Shown here piece by piece: positions 51,601-64,000 of a stretch of 64,000 bases of DNA. This DNA is from Balanoglossus misakiensis (taxonomy: Eukaryota; Animalia; Hemichordata): positions 1,860,001 through 1,924,000 of the forward strand of contig CM082590.2 in assembly GCA_040954595.2 (NCBI GenBank). The letters run 5' to 3'. Both the position numbers and the translations under genes were made by a program. The notes under the pieces were generated by a model. It saw only the letters and a list, made by a program, of their open reading frames with translations. It had not been told where the DNA came from and made no database searches. Positions within the stretch are counted from its first letter, which is position 1. Every line of letters starts with the position of its first letter.

Positions 51601-54600
51601 ACAGGTCAAAGGTCATCGTCAAATAACAGGCTCACAAAAATAATGTAAAACCTTTTATCAGTCTTTCATTTCATATCAAACCCACTTGACTCTTACAATT
51701 CAAACTCTGAAATGGCTTCATCTACTCCTATGCTAACGAGAGCTTCATCTACATGTACTGTCTTCAGTGTAGACAAGACATCATCTACTTCTGTTTTCCT
51801 TTCAAATACTTGTCTGCATTTTACATGGCTATATCTACAACAATTCACCACTGCCCAATACATCAATGACTAAGTGCCCAAGTGGTAAACTGAAAACTTG
51901 TGATGTACTCAATTATTTATTGGGGGGGGGGGGGGTCAGTACTCAAGTATACTTGATTATTTATTGCAGTAATTTGACAAAGTTCCATCACCTGACCAAC
52001 TTTCACTTTTCTGTTTTATTTTGTACTTGGGTTATTGTGCTTTCATGTAGTAGGTGTTTTTTAGCCCAAACTTCTTCACTTACATGTAGGTATGAAAACT
52101 TACATTTTATGACTCGAACAATGGCTAATCCATTGCTAATTAATTATTTTACCCATCCATTGCTTTGAGCTATCATGTTTTGTTAGTCTATTGTAATTGA
52201 TTAACACTAGTCTAGTATCTAGCCATATTTTGTCCGCTTTGCTTCCAATACTTTTGGAAGCAAAGCGGACAAATACGGCTAGATACTAGACTAAATTTCT
52301 CGATGCTTATATGTTCTATTTTCAGAAGTATAACTACAAATTGCCAGAAATCCTATACTTACAAATGGACAACTGCTGGCGTGAATGCAAAAACCGGTAT
52401 GTGTTTGCCATGGCTGCACTTTTAGTCATGAGAGGAGTTTTCAAAGAGGTAAGTTTTTAATTCTGCTGTCGGTGCCATAGAAATTTAAAGAATAATGTAT
52501 GCCCTTATGAGATCGGGTATGTCTGTATGTATGTATGTATGTATGTATGTACCATGTCTGTATGTCCATCCACATCAAAAACTTGAAAACCGCTGGGCGT
52601 ATCACCTTGATATTTGGTGTGCAGATGCAGGCCGGGCTGTAGATGGGAATTTGTTCAAATGCAGTTGCCATTGCCAAAAATATGCAAATTAGCTGGAAAA
52701 AATGTGAAATTGGTCAAAACTCACTAACTCAACAACTACTGGTCAGATTGATTTGAAAATTGGTATGCATGTACCTTATGTCAAACTCATACAGTTCTGC
52801 ATGTTTTGAGCTAATATCGTGAATTTTCTATTTGTAACGTATTTTTTGGTCTTTTTCCCCATTATTGGTAAAAAATCTTCTGTTCTGAAAGTAATCGGCC
52901 GACTTCTTCTTCTTCTAAAGCTCTGTGTGTGGCTAAAAAGTAGCAGGCTGCCCTGTTTACTCTTATTGGAATATTTTTCAAAAAATAACAGTAGACTCAA
53001 ACTATAGTTTTTCAGGTTTCCACATTACACATGGATTGGTTAACTGCTTTGTGGTGGATATGATAAAAGTAGTTCATGTTTACTTGTATGTTAAAATAAA
53101 AAAATGATTTGAAGTATTAAAATGTAAGATACACATTTTAAACATGGATTTAACAAATATTTTACTTTCAGCCACAAGTCCCTATAAATACCTTGAATGT
53201 GATGTTTCTTTTTTTCACTTCACACTATTTTTTTTGTCTGTTTCCAGGTACTATGAATACCTAATAAAACACCGAAATGAACAAGTCAGTAATGTGTTTC
53301 ATGGCAACTCAGGTAGACTGAAGCCCCGTCTTGCCAACAGCATCTGTAGGGCATGGTTTCGTCAATATTCCTGGAAAAATGGCGACAAGATGCCAAACCA
53401 GGAAGCGATTCACCTGCCCAGCTGTCTAACAAAAAAGCAGGTTTATGGCCAATATGTCGCAGAGATCAACTCTAAGATGGTCTCTGTGGTTGGGCAGAGT
53501 ACTTTTTACGAAATATGGGCTGAACATTTCCCAACAGTCAAGATCCCAAAGGTTAGATAATAGTATCCATCAATATTCAGCATTAAACGTCTATTTTTTA
53601 TCGTATTAAAAAAGTCAACTCCACTTCCAAACAACAAATATTGTTATATAGGAAAGTTTGAAGATTCCTATTTGAAATTTCTTTACTGGTTTTTGGCTTG
53701 CCACTTTGGGATTTGCTGATGTGCTAGAATTGCCTCAAACTAATGGATTGAATGCATTGTTAATATCATTAACAGGAGAACAGGTTTGCTAAATGCACCG
53801 TTTGCGATGACTTAAAAAGAGCTAATGCAAAAGCAAAAGATCCAGCTCGAAAAGTTCAAGTAAAGGATGATTTAAAAATGCACCTTGATCATCAACAGTA
53901 AGTATACAATATTACTGTCTAGGGTTTATCCTTAGTTTGGCTGTAAATGGAATTACCATAAAACCCCTATTGATTCAACCATTCCCTTTACCTGGATAAT
54001 TTCTGTTTCATTTACTAATTCAACAGCCTGAGTTCAATAATCACATGAAGTAACCATGATACCTCAACATGTTTGTGTGACCTTTGACTTTCTTTTGTCA
54101 TCACCAACACATGCTGTCCTGGAACTTGCTTTAGACTGGGCGTATTTGCATAGCTATTGTTTGTACTTTTGGTCAGTTGATAAACAATGCTTGTCATGCA
54201 GCGACACTAATCGCAAAATGGTTGAAAACAATTTATTGCAGACATGAAAGAGAAGTATACTATGGTAAAATCAGCAGGTCCATTAGTGAACCATGGCAAT
54301 ACCTGAGTATAATCATTGATGGGATGGATCAAAATAAAACCACCCTACCCCACTTCCAAAAAATTACCAAGGTTAGTAGAAAGAACTGCTAAAGTAGGAG
54401 ATTTCCAAGTGGTAATGCATGGTTATCACATTCAATCTTTATGTAGTGATTCCGGTAAACACTAAAAAATTATTGTAGTTTTCTTGAAATTTTACAAAAG
54501 TTCATTGAATAAAAGTTTTCAAAAATATCAAGGAAACACCATATCACAGTTTTTGGTTTGCGGTTGAATTTGTTGATGTATTTTTCAAGGCAAAACATTG

Positions 54601-56189
54601 GGAGGGTGATACTTGTAGAAATATCTCCATTATTTGGCTTGTGATCTCAGATAACTTCCATATTTAAAAGGAAAGTACCTGCAAAATTTTGCCTATTTTT
54701 CCAGTATTGTTGTGTTGCTCTGGTATTTAGATGTATCCTCAGGCTAAATTGAACATTGCACTTCCAAACAGGGAAGTATATAAATATTGCTATGAATGAC
54801 ACGCTGTAAACCTTTTTAAAAAAGACGTATGTCATGTATATGGTAAAGGTTAGCATTCGTTTGAATTTGATTTGATAGAAATATGCAAATCTGTGATCTG
54901 GTGATAATGAATGATTTTCATGTTTACTATTATTTATATCATTATTACTTCTAGGAAAACATTGCAACTTGGAAGCTTCGTACGCATGTTACTGGTGTCT
55001 TAGTTCATGGGGAAGACGTGTGCTTTGCTTTTATTGACACTTTGATGTGGCCACATGACAGTAACCTCACATGCAACATGCTAACCTACACTCTGAATCG
55101 AGTGGCAAAGGTAATTTGGCATTTATATCAATCCAAAGAATTTTAAAAACTTCCTTAAACATTAAAGAAACTCTCCATTGATGAATTCAAAATCAGGAAT
55201 CTCTCCTAAAGCACATCACAAAGGTGTTGCTCTTGCTAGTTTGACAGAGTACCTGTTTAGTAATTGGGCTTCACGTGATTAGCTAAAGACAGGTCAAAGG
55301 TCATCGTCAAATAACAGGCTCACAAAAATAATGTAAAACCTTTTATCAGTCTTTCATTTCATATCAAACCCACTTGACTTTTACAATTCAAACTCTGAAA
55401 TGGCTTCATCTACTCCTATGCTAATGAGAGCTTCATCTACATGTACTGTCTTCAGTGTAGACAAGACATCATCTACTTCTATTTTCCTTTCAAATACTTG
55501 TCTGCATTTTACATGGCTATATCTACAACAATTCACCACTGCCCAATACATCAATGACTAAGTGCCCAAGTGGTAAACTGAAAACTTGTGATGTACTCAA
55601 TTATTTATTGGGGGGGGGGGTCAGTACTCAAGTATACTTGATTATTTATTGCAGTAATTTGACAAAGTTCCATCACCTGACCAACTTTCACTTTTCTGTT
55701 TTATTTTGTACTTGGGTTATTGTGCTTTCATGTAGTAGGTGTTTTTTAGCCCAAACTTCTTCACTTACATGTAGGTATGAAAACTTACATTTTATGACTC
55801 GAACAATGGCTAATCCATTGCTAATTAATTATTTTACCCATCCATTGCTTTGAGCTATCATGTTTTGTTAGTCTATTGTAATTGATTAACACTAGTCTAG
55901 TATCTAGCCATATTTTGTCCGCTTTGCTTCCAATACTTTTGGAAGCAAAGCAGACAAATACGGCTAGATACTAGACTAAATTTCTCGATGCTTATATGTT
56001 CTATTTTCAGAAGTATAACTACAAATTGCCAGAAATCCTATACTTACAAATGGACAACTGCTGGCGTGAATGCTAAAACCGGTATGTGTTTGCCATGGCT
56101 GCACTTTTAGTCATGAGAGGAGTTTTCAAAGAGGTAAGTTTTTAATTCTGCTGTCGGTGCCATAGAAATTTAAAGAATAATGTATGCCC

Positions 56190-56720
56190 TTAGAGATCGG
56201 GTATGTCTGTATGTATGTATGTACCATGTCTGTATGTCCATCCACATCAAAAACTTGAAAACCGCTGGGCGTATCACCTTGATATTTGGTGTGCAGATGC
56301 AGGCCGGGCTGTAGTGTGCAGATGCAGGCCGGGCTGTAGATGGGAATTTGTTCAAATGCAGTTGCCATTGCCAAAAATATGCAAATTAGCTGGAAAAATG
56401 TGAAATTGGTCAAAACTCACTAACTCAACAACTACTGGTCAGATTGATTTGAAAATTGGTATGCATGTACCTTATGTCAACCTCATACAGTTCCGCATGT
56501 TTTGAGCTAATATCGTGAATTTTCTATTTGTTACGTATTTTTTGGTCTTTTTCCCCATTATTGGTTAAAAATCTTCTGTTCTGAAAGTAATCGGCCGACT
56601 TCTTCGAAATTTAGTGTAAAGCTTCCTATAGGTGATCTGAGTTAGCACAGTTTTGTTTAAATTGTAGCAAAATTTGCATATTCATAATTTTAGAGCAATT
56701 TTTGCCATTTTTGGTCTTTA
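56190..56720 (+). mobile_element. Helentron-associated (HINE-like) non-autonomous element; truncated copies at ~48820-49221 and ~52508-52909
   Basis: An (ATGT)n microsatellite is followed by degenerate internal repeats with ATTTGGT / AAATTGGTATGCATG / ATTTGCATA motifs typical of such elements. The ends were not resolved. Confidence 0.45.
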
Positions 56721-57506
56721 ATATTTGGGGGATGCGACCGTGCGGTTTTCAAATTTTACCAGGTATAAAACCCAGAACTGAGTTGACAACAGATCCGCCT
56801 CAAAAAGTTGCTTCAGCATTAAGATAGACGGCCTCGTAGCAGTAGTGCTGCTAACACCGGTTAACCTAGCAGCACCCGCTACAAGCAAGTGTTACATGCC
56901 CGTTCACAGAAGGATTTTCTAATTTCCAGCATGGATAAAATGATAAAATATTCTGGTAAAATAAATTGGGACCCCCGTGCTTTGATGTAGGACCCATTTT
57001 CTAACACCAGGAGTCCCAGGGACTCCCAGAAGTAAAAAGTGATGTAAAACCCAGAATATGTTAATTTATTTTTAGTTTTTCGCATTTTGTCTCAATTTTC
57101 CTCCAACCTAACTTGTAGCATACCTTTTTGGGTTTACAGATGCAGATGAGCTTTTTGCTTCAAGGGCATACCCATGAAGATGTAGACCAGTTCTTCAGCA
57201 AAGTAAGTGACACCGTCACTGTATGATTTATTTTCATTACAGCTTTGTGCATTGTGTTGTTGTCTAATAGTTTGGCTAATGTTAAGAATTGGTTGATTTT
57301 GTTTACATCTCTAGTCAATATTTTTTTTAAATCACCCCTTTGGCTTTTGCTGTATGTAGGGAAATAAATTTGTGTGTAACCTCTAGATGATATCCTATTC
57401 AAACTTGGTTTCCTCAGGCAAATAAACAATTGTACAAGGGATATAATTAGCTGTTGTCCTCATCTATTTGAGCTGCAATTTAATAAAATCTTGGAAAGGC
57501 TTTTAA

Positions 57507-57815
57507 GGATGCGAACGAAGAAATGGGTGATTTTTTGGTCGATTTTTCAAAAGAAGAGGGTCGTTTCTCTGGAAGTTTTCGTGTCATAAAATTCAATCTA
57601 GGTTTTTTTTAAAAAAACACACAGTTACAACAGTTTGCATTCACACAAATTTGAGCTGGATATCTCAAAGCGTTAACAATGTAAACAATGGTCACACTGA
57701 AGTAACCAAAATGTTCCCCTATATCTAAGCTTTCAAAATAGTTTTAGGGGATTCTGAGCTTGACAATTAACAGAGAAATGTTTTTTTCAAAGAGTGAATT
57801 TCTTAGGTCGTATCT
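57507..57815. mobile_element. Degenerate Kolobok-like MITE
   Basis: TTAA on both flanks. Imperfect TIR GGATGCGAACGAAGAAAT / ATTTCTTAGGTCGTATCT. Confidence 0.5.
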
Positions 57816-60800
57816 TTAATTCTATCAATTAAATGATGTTGCCTGATACTGTATCAAAGCAGCACTTATTTTTGACAGAATGGCCACATGTTGAAGAAAT
57901 ATCAGTACAGATGAAATTTCCCGCAATTTAAAAAACTGAAATATTGTGATGAAAATGAAAATACAATGTCTCAGTAGAGTGCATTTACTTCATGTGTTTT
58001 AGTAGATGAGATCATGCTTTGTTTATAAAGTTTTAAAGATTATTTAACTGCAGTTTTAATGGACCCACCAAAACATGGCGAAATACCAAGTTATAAGCTT
58101 CTCAACACAGCCAGTGTAATCAGCAATATCATTGTTCAAAATTAAATTTTAGTCTGGACTTAAATTCATTTGCCAACAATACATTGTATTCATGTGGGCA
58201 TTACTTATATTCATCTTTGTCGATTGTTTAAGCCTGTGTAGTTCATCATGCTATATGGAGAATTTCATTGCTACACAATACAACTATAACTAACTTTGTT
58301 TTATTGTAAGTCATATCTTTCCATTTTCTTCTGTGCAGGTCTCACAGAAACTAGCAAAACAAGATGCCATAACAATGACTGATCTAAAATTGTGCATCGA
58401 AGGGGCATACCCCAACACAAAGGCAGTAGAAATTGTTAAAATGATTGACATTGTCGCATATTTAAACCCACACATTAACAACATTGTGGGTCATAGTGTG
58501 CCACATTCCTACCAATTCACAAAAAGTAAGCAAGGTACGCTTCAAATGAGGTAAGTTTGACATAGGCCCATGGTTGTTATTTCTGAAATTTGTTAATCCA
58601 GTGTTCATCATATATGTATGGTCAGCATTCTTATTGTTTATAACTGAATTCTAATGTAGAATAGAATTGAATCATAAAGGCAACAGTGCCCTTGTATGAG
58701 CTGTGCAGATGAGCTAAAAACTGCTTGACAAAATCATCCAAAGTTAAAGCATAGATGTACAATGTACTAGCTGACCCTTAAAAAGCAATAGATGAAGTGT
58801 GATCACCACGAATGAAGTCCCAAAGAATTATAGCCCATAACTTCATACACATGTATACCATGTTCACACTGGATAAAACCAGAACGTTTCATAGACACTA
58901 TCTACCATTTGTAAACTCGGGGTTAATCTTTTGAGTCGATCTGTATCCATAAACCCTTAGAGAGAGAGAGGACACGCAACTGCGGCAAAGATCAAAGGTC
59001 ATGATAATATGGCAACATGTCCGTATGGTTCTAGTTTTATCAATAGAGTTGTCATTTCAAAGTAAAAACTCTCAACTCGGACAAAATCGCATGTGTTTAC
59101 CACAGGTTCGCTCAACAGCATATGCAATGTTCTCACCAGGATTTTTTTGTATAGCGTAGCAGCTAATTTGCTTAATTTATTCATATTTTACATGACAATT
59201 GTTCACATAAATCTGAGTACACAAATTTAATGTTATCAATGGTTGGTCAATCCTAGCGCCACAAGCGTTATTTAAAAATTGTAAACAACTCAACTTAAAC
59301 AAGTCATCCATATTATTTGCATGTACGACTGGGCACTCAAAATACATATTTTGGTAATGCTGACGTTTTTCATATTTATTGCAATGTCAAGATTAAGATC
59401 AAGTTCATTTTTTGTTGATGCAATTAACCTGTTTAAAAATTTAAATCTGAATTTGATTGAGATAATTAGAATGTTATATTTTTTTAATGTTTACAGATAC
59501 AAAGATTTTGGATCAGATATCGAATGGAAGGCCCTTGATATGACTGCAAATACTGGCTTTCTCCATTCCTTGCCACAGAGGGGTACAGCTCCCCAGTTGC
59601 TCGAGCCAACACTGCCCGGATCAAACTTGCAGATGTTTTATCTGGGATCAAAGCACTGAACAAAAGTGGAAAGGTAGGAAACATTGAAGTTTAGACAGGC
59701 CTGGAGTTTAGGCGAACCTATCCTAGGACAAACTATGCCAACAATCATAGGCCAGCCTTCCACATTTTATTTCAGACCCAGTAGCCTATAGCCCCTATGA
59801 AGGTGCATAAGGACTGGCAATAATTGTCTGGTGTGAACCTCATAAATATGTAGGGAGTGTCAATGTTTTATTACCATTATAGTGTTGCCAGTGTTGGATG
59901 ATTGCGGCCATCAGCAGGCAGGAACGGTAACCGAATGCGGTACTGCTTTGGAATTGACCCTGTCCTTTACCTAAAGAACAATAGAGCTGTTACCTGAATA
60001 CAGTTCATGTCTTGTGCAGCCCTCATGCACCTATCAAAGAATAATTTAATTTTCACTCTGCTTTTTTAAGCTATGATAATGTTCTATATATGAATGTATT
60101 TTCAAATTGATTTTTTAAATTTAATATTCACAGATCAGTGACACACAAATGCTGTCATGGGAACAATTTGTCCGTGATTTCCAGAAACCGTTTGTGCCAG
60201 TAACCCACAAAACTTGGGCACTTGATCACTGGCAACATACTGGACGAGCTGCCCACATTGTAGATCCAGAAGTTGAAGAGCAACTAAAAAAGCTATATTT
60301 AAGCTTAGAGAAATCGAAGAAAACAAGACAGGTTAGTTAACAATTTTCCAGAGCAAAACACCCTATAGTGATACACGTGAGGTTACAAATATTGACTGCT
60401 ACGTATTGTTCTTGCTGCAATGATTGCTCGATCATATCCAAGCATCATGGAATTCAATAGTGATGGATGCCGAGATAGTGACTGTAGCTACATGTGCGAC
60501 TATCTGTGGAGAATTAAAGTAGAATCAAAGACACAAAGAGACAAACATGCACAGAGGGAGAGGAAGGTGATAGAAAAAATAGCAGAAAAAAATGTTAACC
60601 TTATTCATGATATTTCCATATGGTGCATTAAGTATTGGTTATTGCAAATTGATAAAAACTGTCCTTTAAAAAAAATCTCTATGTTGCAAAGCAGAAACAC
60701 TGCACAAAAGGCAAACTGTTGATTCAGAATTACTATTAATTGCATTGCACAGAAAGTTTGAAGAATTTAGGTGTGTGCGAGTGTGAGTCCACTATCTCAA

Positions 60801-61692
60801 ACACTGTGACTGCACATTCACAGCAAGAACAAGTTTATTGTCTATTGAAGCATAGAAAGCAGAAAAACCTTACGCCATGTTGCACCCTTAAATGCCAACT
60901 CACTTACCCATCACATTAATTTCCATGACTCCCATGGTAAATGAGAATTAAGGTTAGGTACGCCAAATTCCCTTCCGCATACGTTAACGTGCAAAAAACT
61001 CACTAGCCTGACAGAATTATGTCTATAATAGGGGGCCTTGTAAAATGAAGATCACGACTCATTTGGAGTTTTTCAGCCACAAATTACATGAGTATGCATT
61101 TGTGTAGATGTTTCACTTCTATGTCAGTATGAAGATGACCCCATGGACCTTTGACCCCTCATGAATATGACCCCCTACGCTATTTGTTTTTATCAACATA
61201 GGCATTTAAAATGCAATCGAAAATGATTTATTCAGTAATCCTGAGTTAGTCTAAACGTTACGTTATATTTGATATGCAGTCCAGTCTATAGATAAAATTT
61301 CACCCACAAAATGTTTAGTGAACATGCAAGGTTAATGTTTAACTCTTGTATGTCAACAAGCAGAATAGAGATGATGTAAACATTTCAGTTGTATTTCAGC
61401 ATGTTTCAAGTAGTCAGGCAACAGAAACAGCTTTTCATATGCGCGCCGATGACCTTATTTGGGCAACCAGGCTGGGGCGCGATACGGAAAAAACTGCACA
61501 GTTGTGAGGGCTATTGTTCCCATAGAGTTACACGGGCATGTGAATCAAGTTATATGATAATATACTTACACTATATATCATGTATGATGTAAAAAAAAAA
61601 ATTCTGTTTATTATCAGCCAAAAATCACGAAGAAGAGGCGCTAATCAAAGAAGAGAGACTATCCAGATGCAGGGCGTGGTTATCACATTCCA

Positions 61693-62120
61693 TAGCCCGG
61701 AGACCAGGGCGTCGATCTAGAATACAACGCCCGGGGACAGTCTAGTAATGTCCTGCTGAGCTGAAAGATAGTAGCCCTGGCAACGATCAGGGTCGCTTAG
61801 TAACGAATGGATAACGAGTGATCTATCAAATGTTGACGGGCGCCAGTGGTTGGATGATATAATTAACATAGCTTGGGTATGAATATTCATACACCTTCAA
61901 AACCACTCCCACATCCCGTGGCGGGAATTTCATACAGAGGGTGCTTTGACTCCACCTCTATTTCCTTATTTAGAATGCGATGATGTTATTTGGTTTACAT
62001 TGAGTGACCAATTAGCTTACACGCAAGATTTGCCACCCGTGTCGTTCTACGCACAGAATTCTGTGCGTAAATAGAGACTGTCCCCGGGCGTTTCTTTTCG
62101 ACACCCTGGTCTCCGGGCTA
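61693..62120. mobile_element. 428-bp MITE with TAG...CTA TIRs and a 9-bp TSD
   Basis: TIRs TAGCCCGGAGACCAGGG(C/T)GTCGA..AACGCCCGGGGACAGTCT. CACATTCCA occurs at 61684-61692 and 62121-62129. Confidence 0.9.
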
Positions 62121-63287
62121 CACATTCCATAGCCTTACATGTAGAACTTTCAGAAAACAGTGTTACAATATTGTCATTTTCTTAATATCTTCACAAAAGA
62201 TGCCAAAAGAGGAGTATTTATGATATAAAGAAAACTCTATGTCACTGTGCTTGATTTTTTGATTGAGCTGTTCAGATATTTTCATCATAGGAAAAGTATA
62301 GCACTATAATTGTCCGGTTGCTTTGATAGTTTCTCTTTTTACAAGGAGTTACTGAGACTGTGTACATAATATGTATAGGTTATCGCACGAGTAATGGTGC
62401 GTTTACGGTAGTTATCACCAGACTTTTGGTCATCAGTTTGTAAAATTCACGAGGCCGCAAGGTCAAATTTTCAAGATTTCAACTACTCCAGGTGTTCGTA
62501 TGCCATACTGCTACATTTGTATTATTATTTCACAGTAAAGGATGCTTTCTTACAGCAAAAAAATTGGCATCTGTTGCTCGACTCATTTTATTTCACAAAC
62601 TATGTCGATGGATGAGGGGTGCAATATTTGTTTTGGATTGGACAAGCCCTCATGAGCCAAGTTAAGTACGCCACATAAAGAGCCACACATGGCCACATTT
62701 TGTGCTCTAGGTATCATGCATCTACATACATCTTGCTGTAGATTTTGGACGACAAAGAGCTATGTGTCATGAAATCAAATTGTATGACAGCTGAATGCAA
62801 TTCAAAAAACGGATCCAGCCAAAACTAAATGCTTCTGATTGGTCTAGACAGGTTTATGCTCATGAATGCATAGCCACAAAGGTATGTGACTCCACCTATG
62901 AAGTCCCATATACCACTGCTCAGTAGATGCACAATAAAAATTATGAATATGGGATATGTGAATATAAATCAATAATAATATTGATTAAGAAAAAAAGGCT
63001 GTAAGAATGGCTTCATATTGAAGATGCTACCTACGAAATGGGGGATTTTATGGTTAATTTTTAAAAAATCTCTAAAGTTGTGTGTCTAAATGATAGTCAC
63101 ATATTATGTATTAAATGATTCATGAAAAATTAATTGACATATTCATGTTGGAAAATCAGATGTTTTTTTCTGCTTTTCTTTAAAAAAATTCATGGAAGAT
63201 ATTCTCTAAAAATCAGCTGATATTTCATTTTATGAGGAAAATTTTCAGCTGATTTTTCATTCACTGACATTATCTGTGAAAAATTCC

Positions 63288-64000
63288 AGAATACCACAGT
63301 TGTAATAATTTGTCTGGTCACAATATGTCTACAGACACATCACATACATGGACATGAATGCAAGAATGGACACAGATCATTTATGAAGTCAATGTGAACA
63401 ACTTTACTTGAAGTCAGTACATTGTAAACAGAATACCGCAGTTGTAATAATTTGTCTGGTCACAATATGTCTATAGACACATCATGTACATGGACATGAA
63501 TTCAGGAATGGACACAGATCATTTATGAAGTCAATGTGAACAACTTTACTTGAAGTCAGTACATTGTAAACAGAATACCACAGTTGTAATAATTTGTCTG
63601 GTCACAATATGTCTATAGACACATCATGTACATGGACATGAATGCAAGAATGGACACAGATCATTTATGAAGTCAATGTGAAACTTGAAGTCAGTACATT
63701 GTAAACAGAATACCACAGTTGCAATAATTTGTCTGCTCACAATATGTCTATAGACACATCATGTACATGGACATGAATGCAAGAATGGACACAGATCATT
63801 TATGAAGTCAATGTGAACAACTTTACTTGAAGTCAGTACATTGTAAACAGAATACCAGATTTGTAATAATTTGTCTGATCACAACATGTCTATAGACACA
63901 TCACGTACATGGACATGAATGCAAGAATGGACACAGATCATTTTTGAAGTCAATGTGAACAACTTTACTTGAAGTCAGTACATTGTAAACAGAATACCAG
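63288..64000. repeat. 142-bp tandem repeat, >=5 copies, running off the window
   Basis: AGAATACC recurs at 63288, 63430, 63572, 63707, 63849 and 63991 (one unit has a 7-bp deletion). Confidence 0.97.

Larger units (their letters stand above)
40194..56606. repeat. Tandem triplication of a 3688-bp unit (40194-49221 with insertions, 49233-52909, 52921-56606)
   Basis: Identical 138-aa ORFs at 40417, 49456 and 53144. The same junction CCGACTTCTTC-TTCTTCTAAAG-CTCTGTGTGTGG occurs at both boundaries. Confidence 0.97.
37666..60331 (+). pseudogene. Intron-rich Sola-related (RNase H-fold, DDD-type) transposase-like gene, >=13 exons, ~700 aa reconstructed, disrupted
   Basis: Exons 37666-37835, 37951-38016, 38165-38248, 39782-40100, 40521-40824, 45602-46522 (split by a MITE), 46867-46996, 47580-47735, 48638-48760, [exons 5-9 repeated twice more], 57140-57202, 58339-58550, 59497-59673 and 60134-60331. 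Motifs IIIDGMDQNK, LYLQMDNCWRECKN and FLLQGHTHEDVDQFFS, with an N-terminal C2H2 finger and CGC..C / CTVC cysteine motifs. Lesions: frameshifts in exons 1 and 12 and a stop at 56074 in copy 3. Confidence 0.8.

Noticed and set aside
61389-61592. Terminal exon 14 of the Sola-like gene
   Set aside because: Acceptor candidates exist, but the frame and content are ambiguous, so it was left out of the gene model.

Overview
AT-rich eukaryotic DNA with GT-AG introns, most likely a marine invertebrate, made almost entirely of repeats and nested mobile elements. From left to right: (1) a 192/196-bp satellite with higher-order repeats (1-13.6 kb), carrying a Harbinger-type insertion with a TAA target-site duplication (TSD); (2) an ~89-bp A/T-tract satellite and local duplications; (3) a decayed EnSpm/CACTA transposase split by a double-hairpin element; (4) an apparently intact 9-exon orphan gene on the minus strand, whose introns hold an L2 LINE fragment and a Penelope-type hammerhead motif; (5) a divergently oriented, intron-rich Sola-related transposase pseudogene on the plus strand, whose exons 5-9 are tandemly triplicated. 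Copy 1 of the triplication carries a complete Ngaro (DIRS-order) tyrosine-recombinase retrotransposon and a Kolobok-type MITE, and copies 2 and 3 show the empty sites. A 142-bp tandem array runs off the right end. The most interesting signal is in the Ngaro element: one phase-1 splice donor, downstream of a SAM-like domain in gag, matches phase-1 acceptors at the head of both the RT and the recombinase ORFs, suggesting that alternative splicing attaches the same SAM module to all three proteins. All calls were made by eye from the sequence; no database searches or alignments were run.
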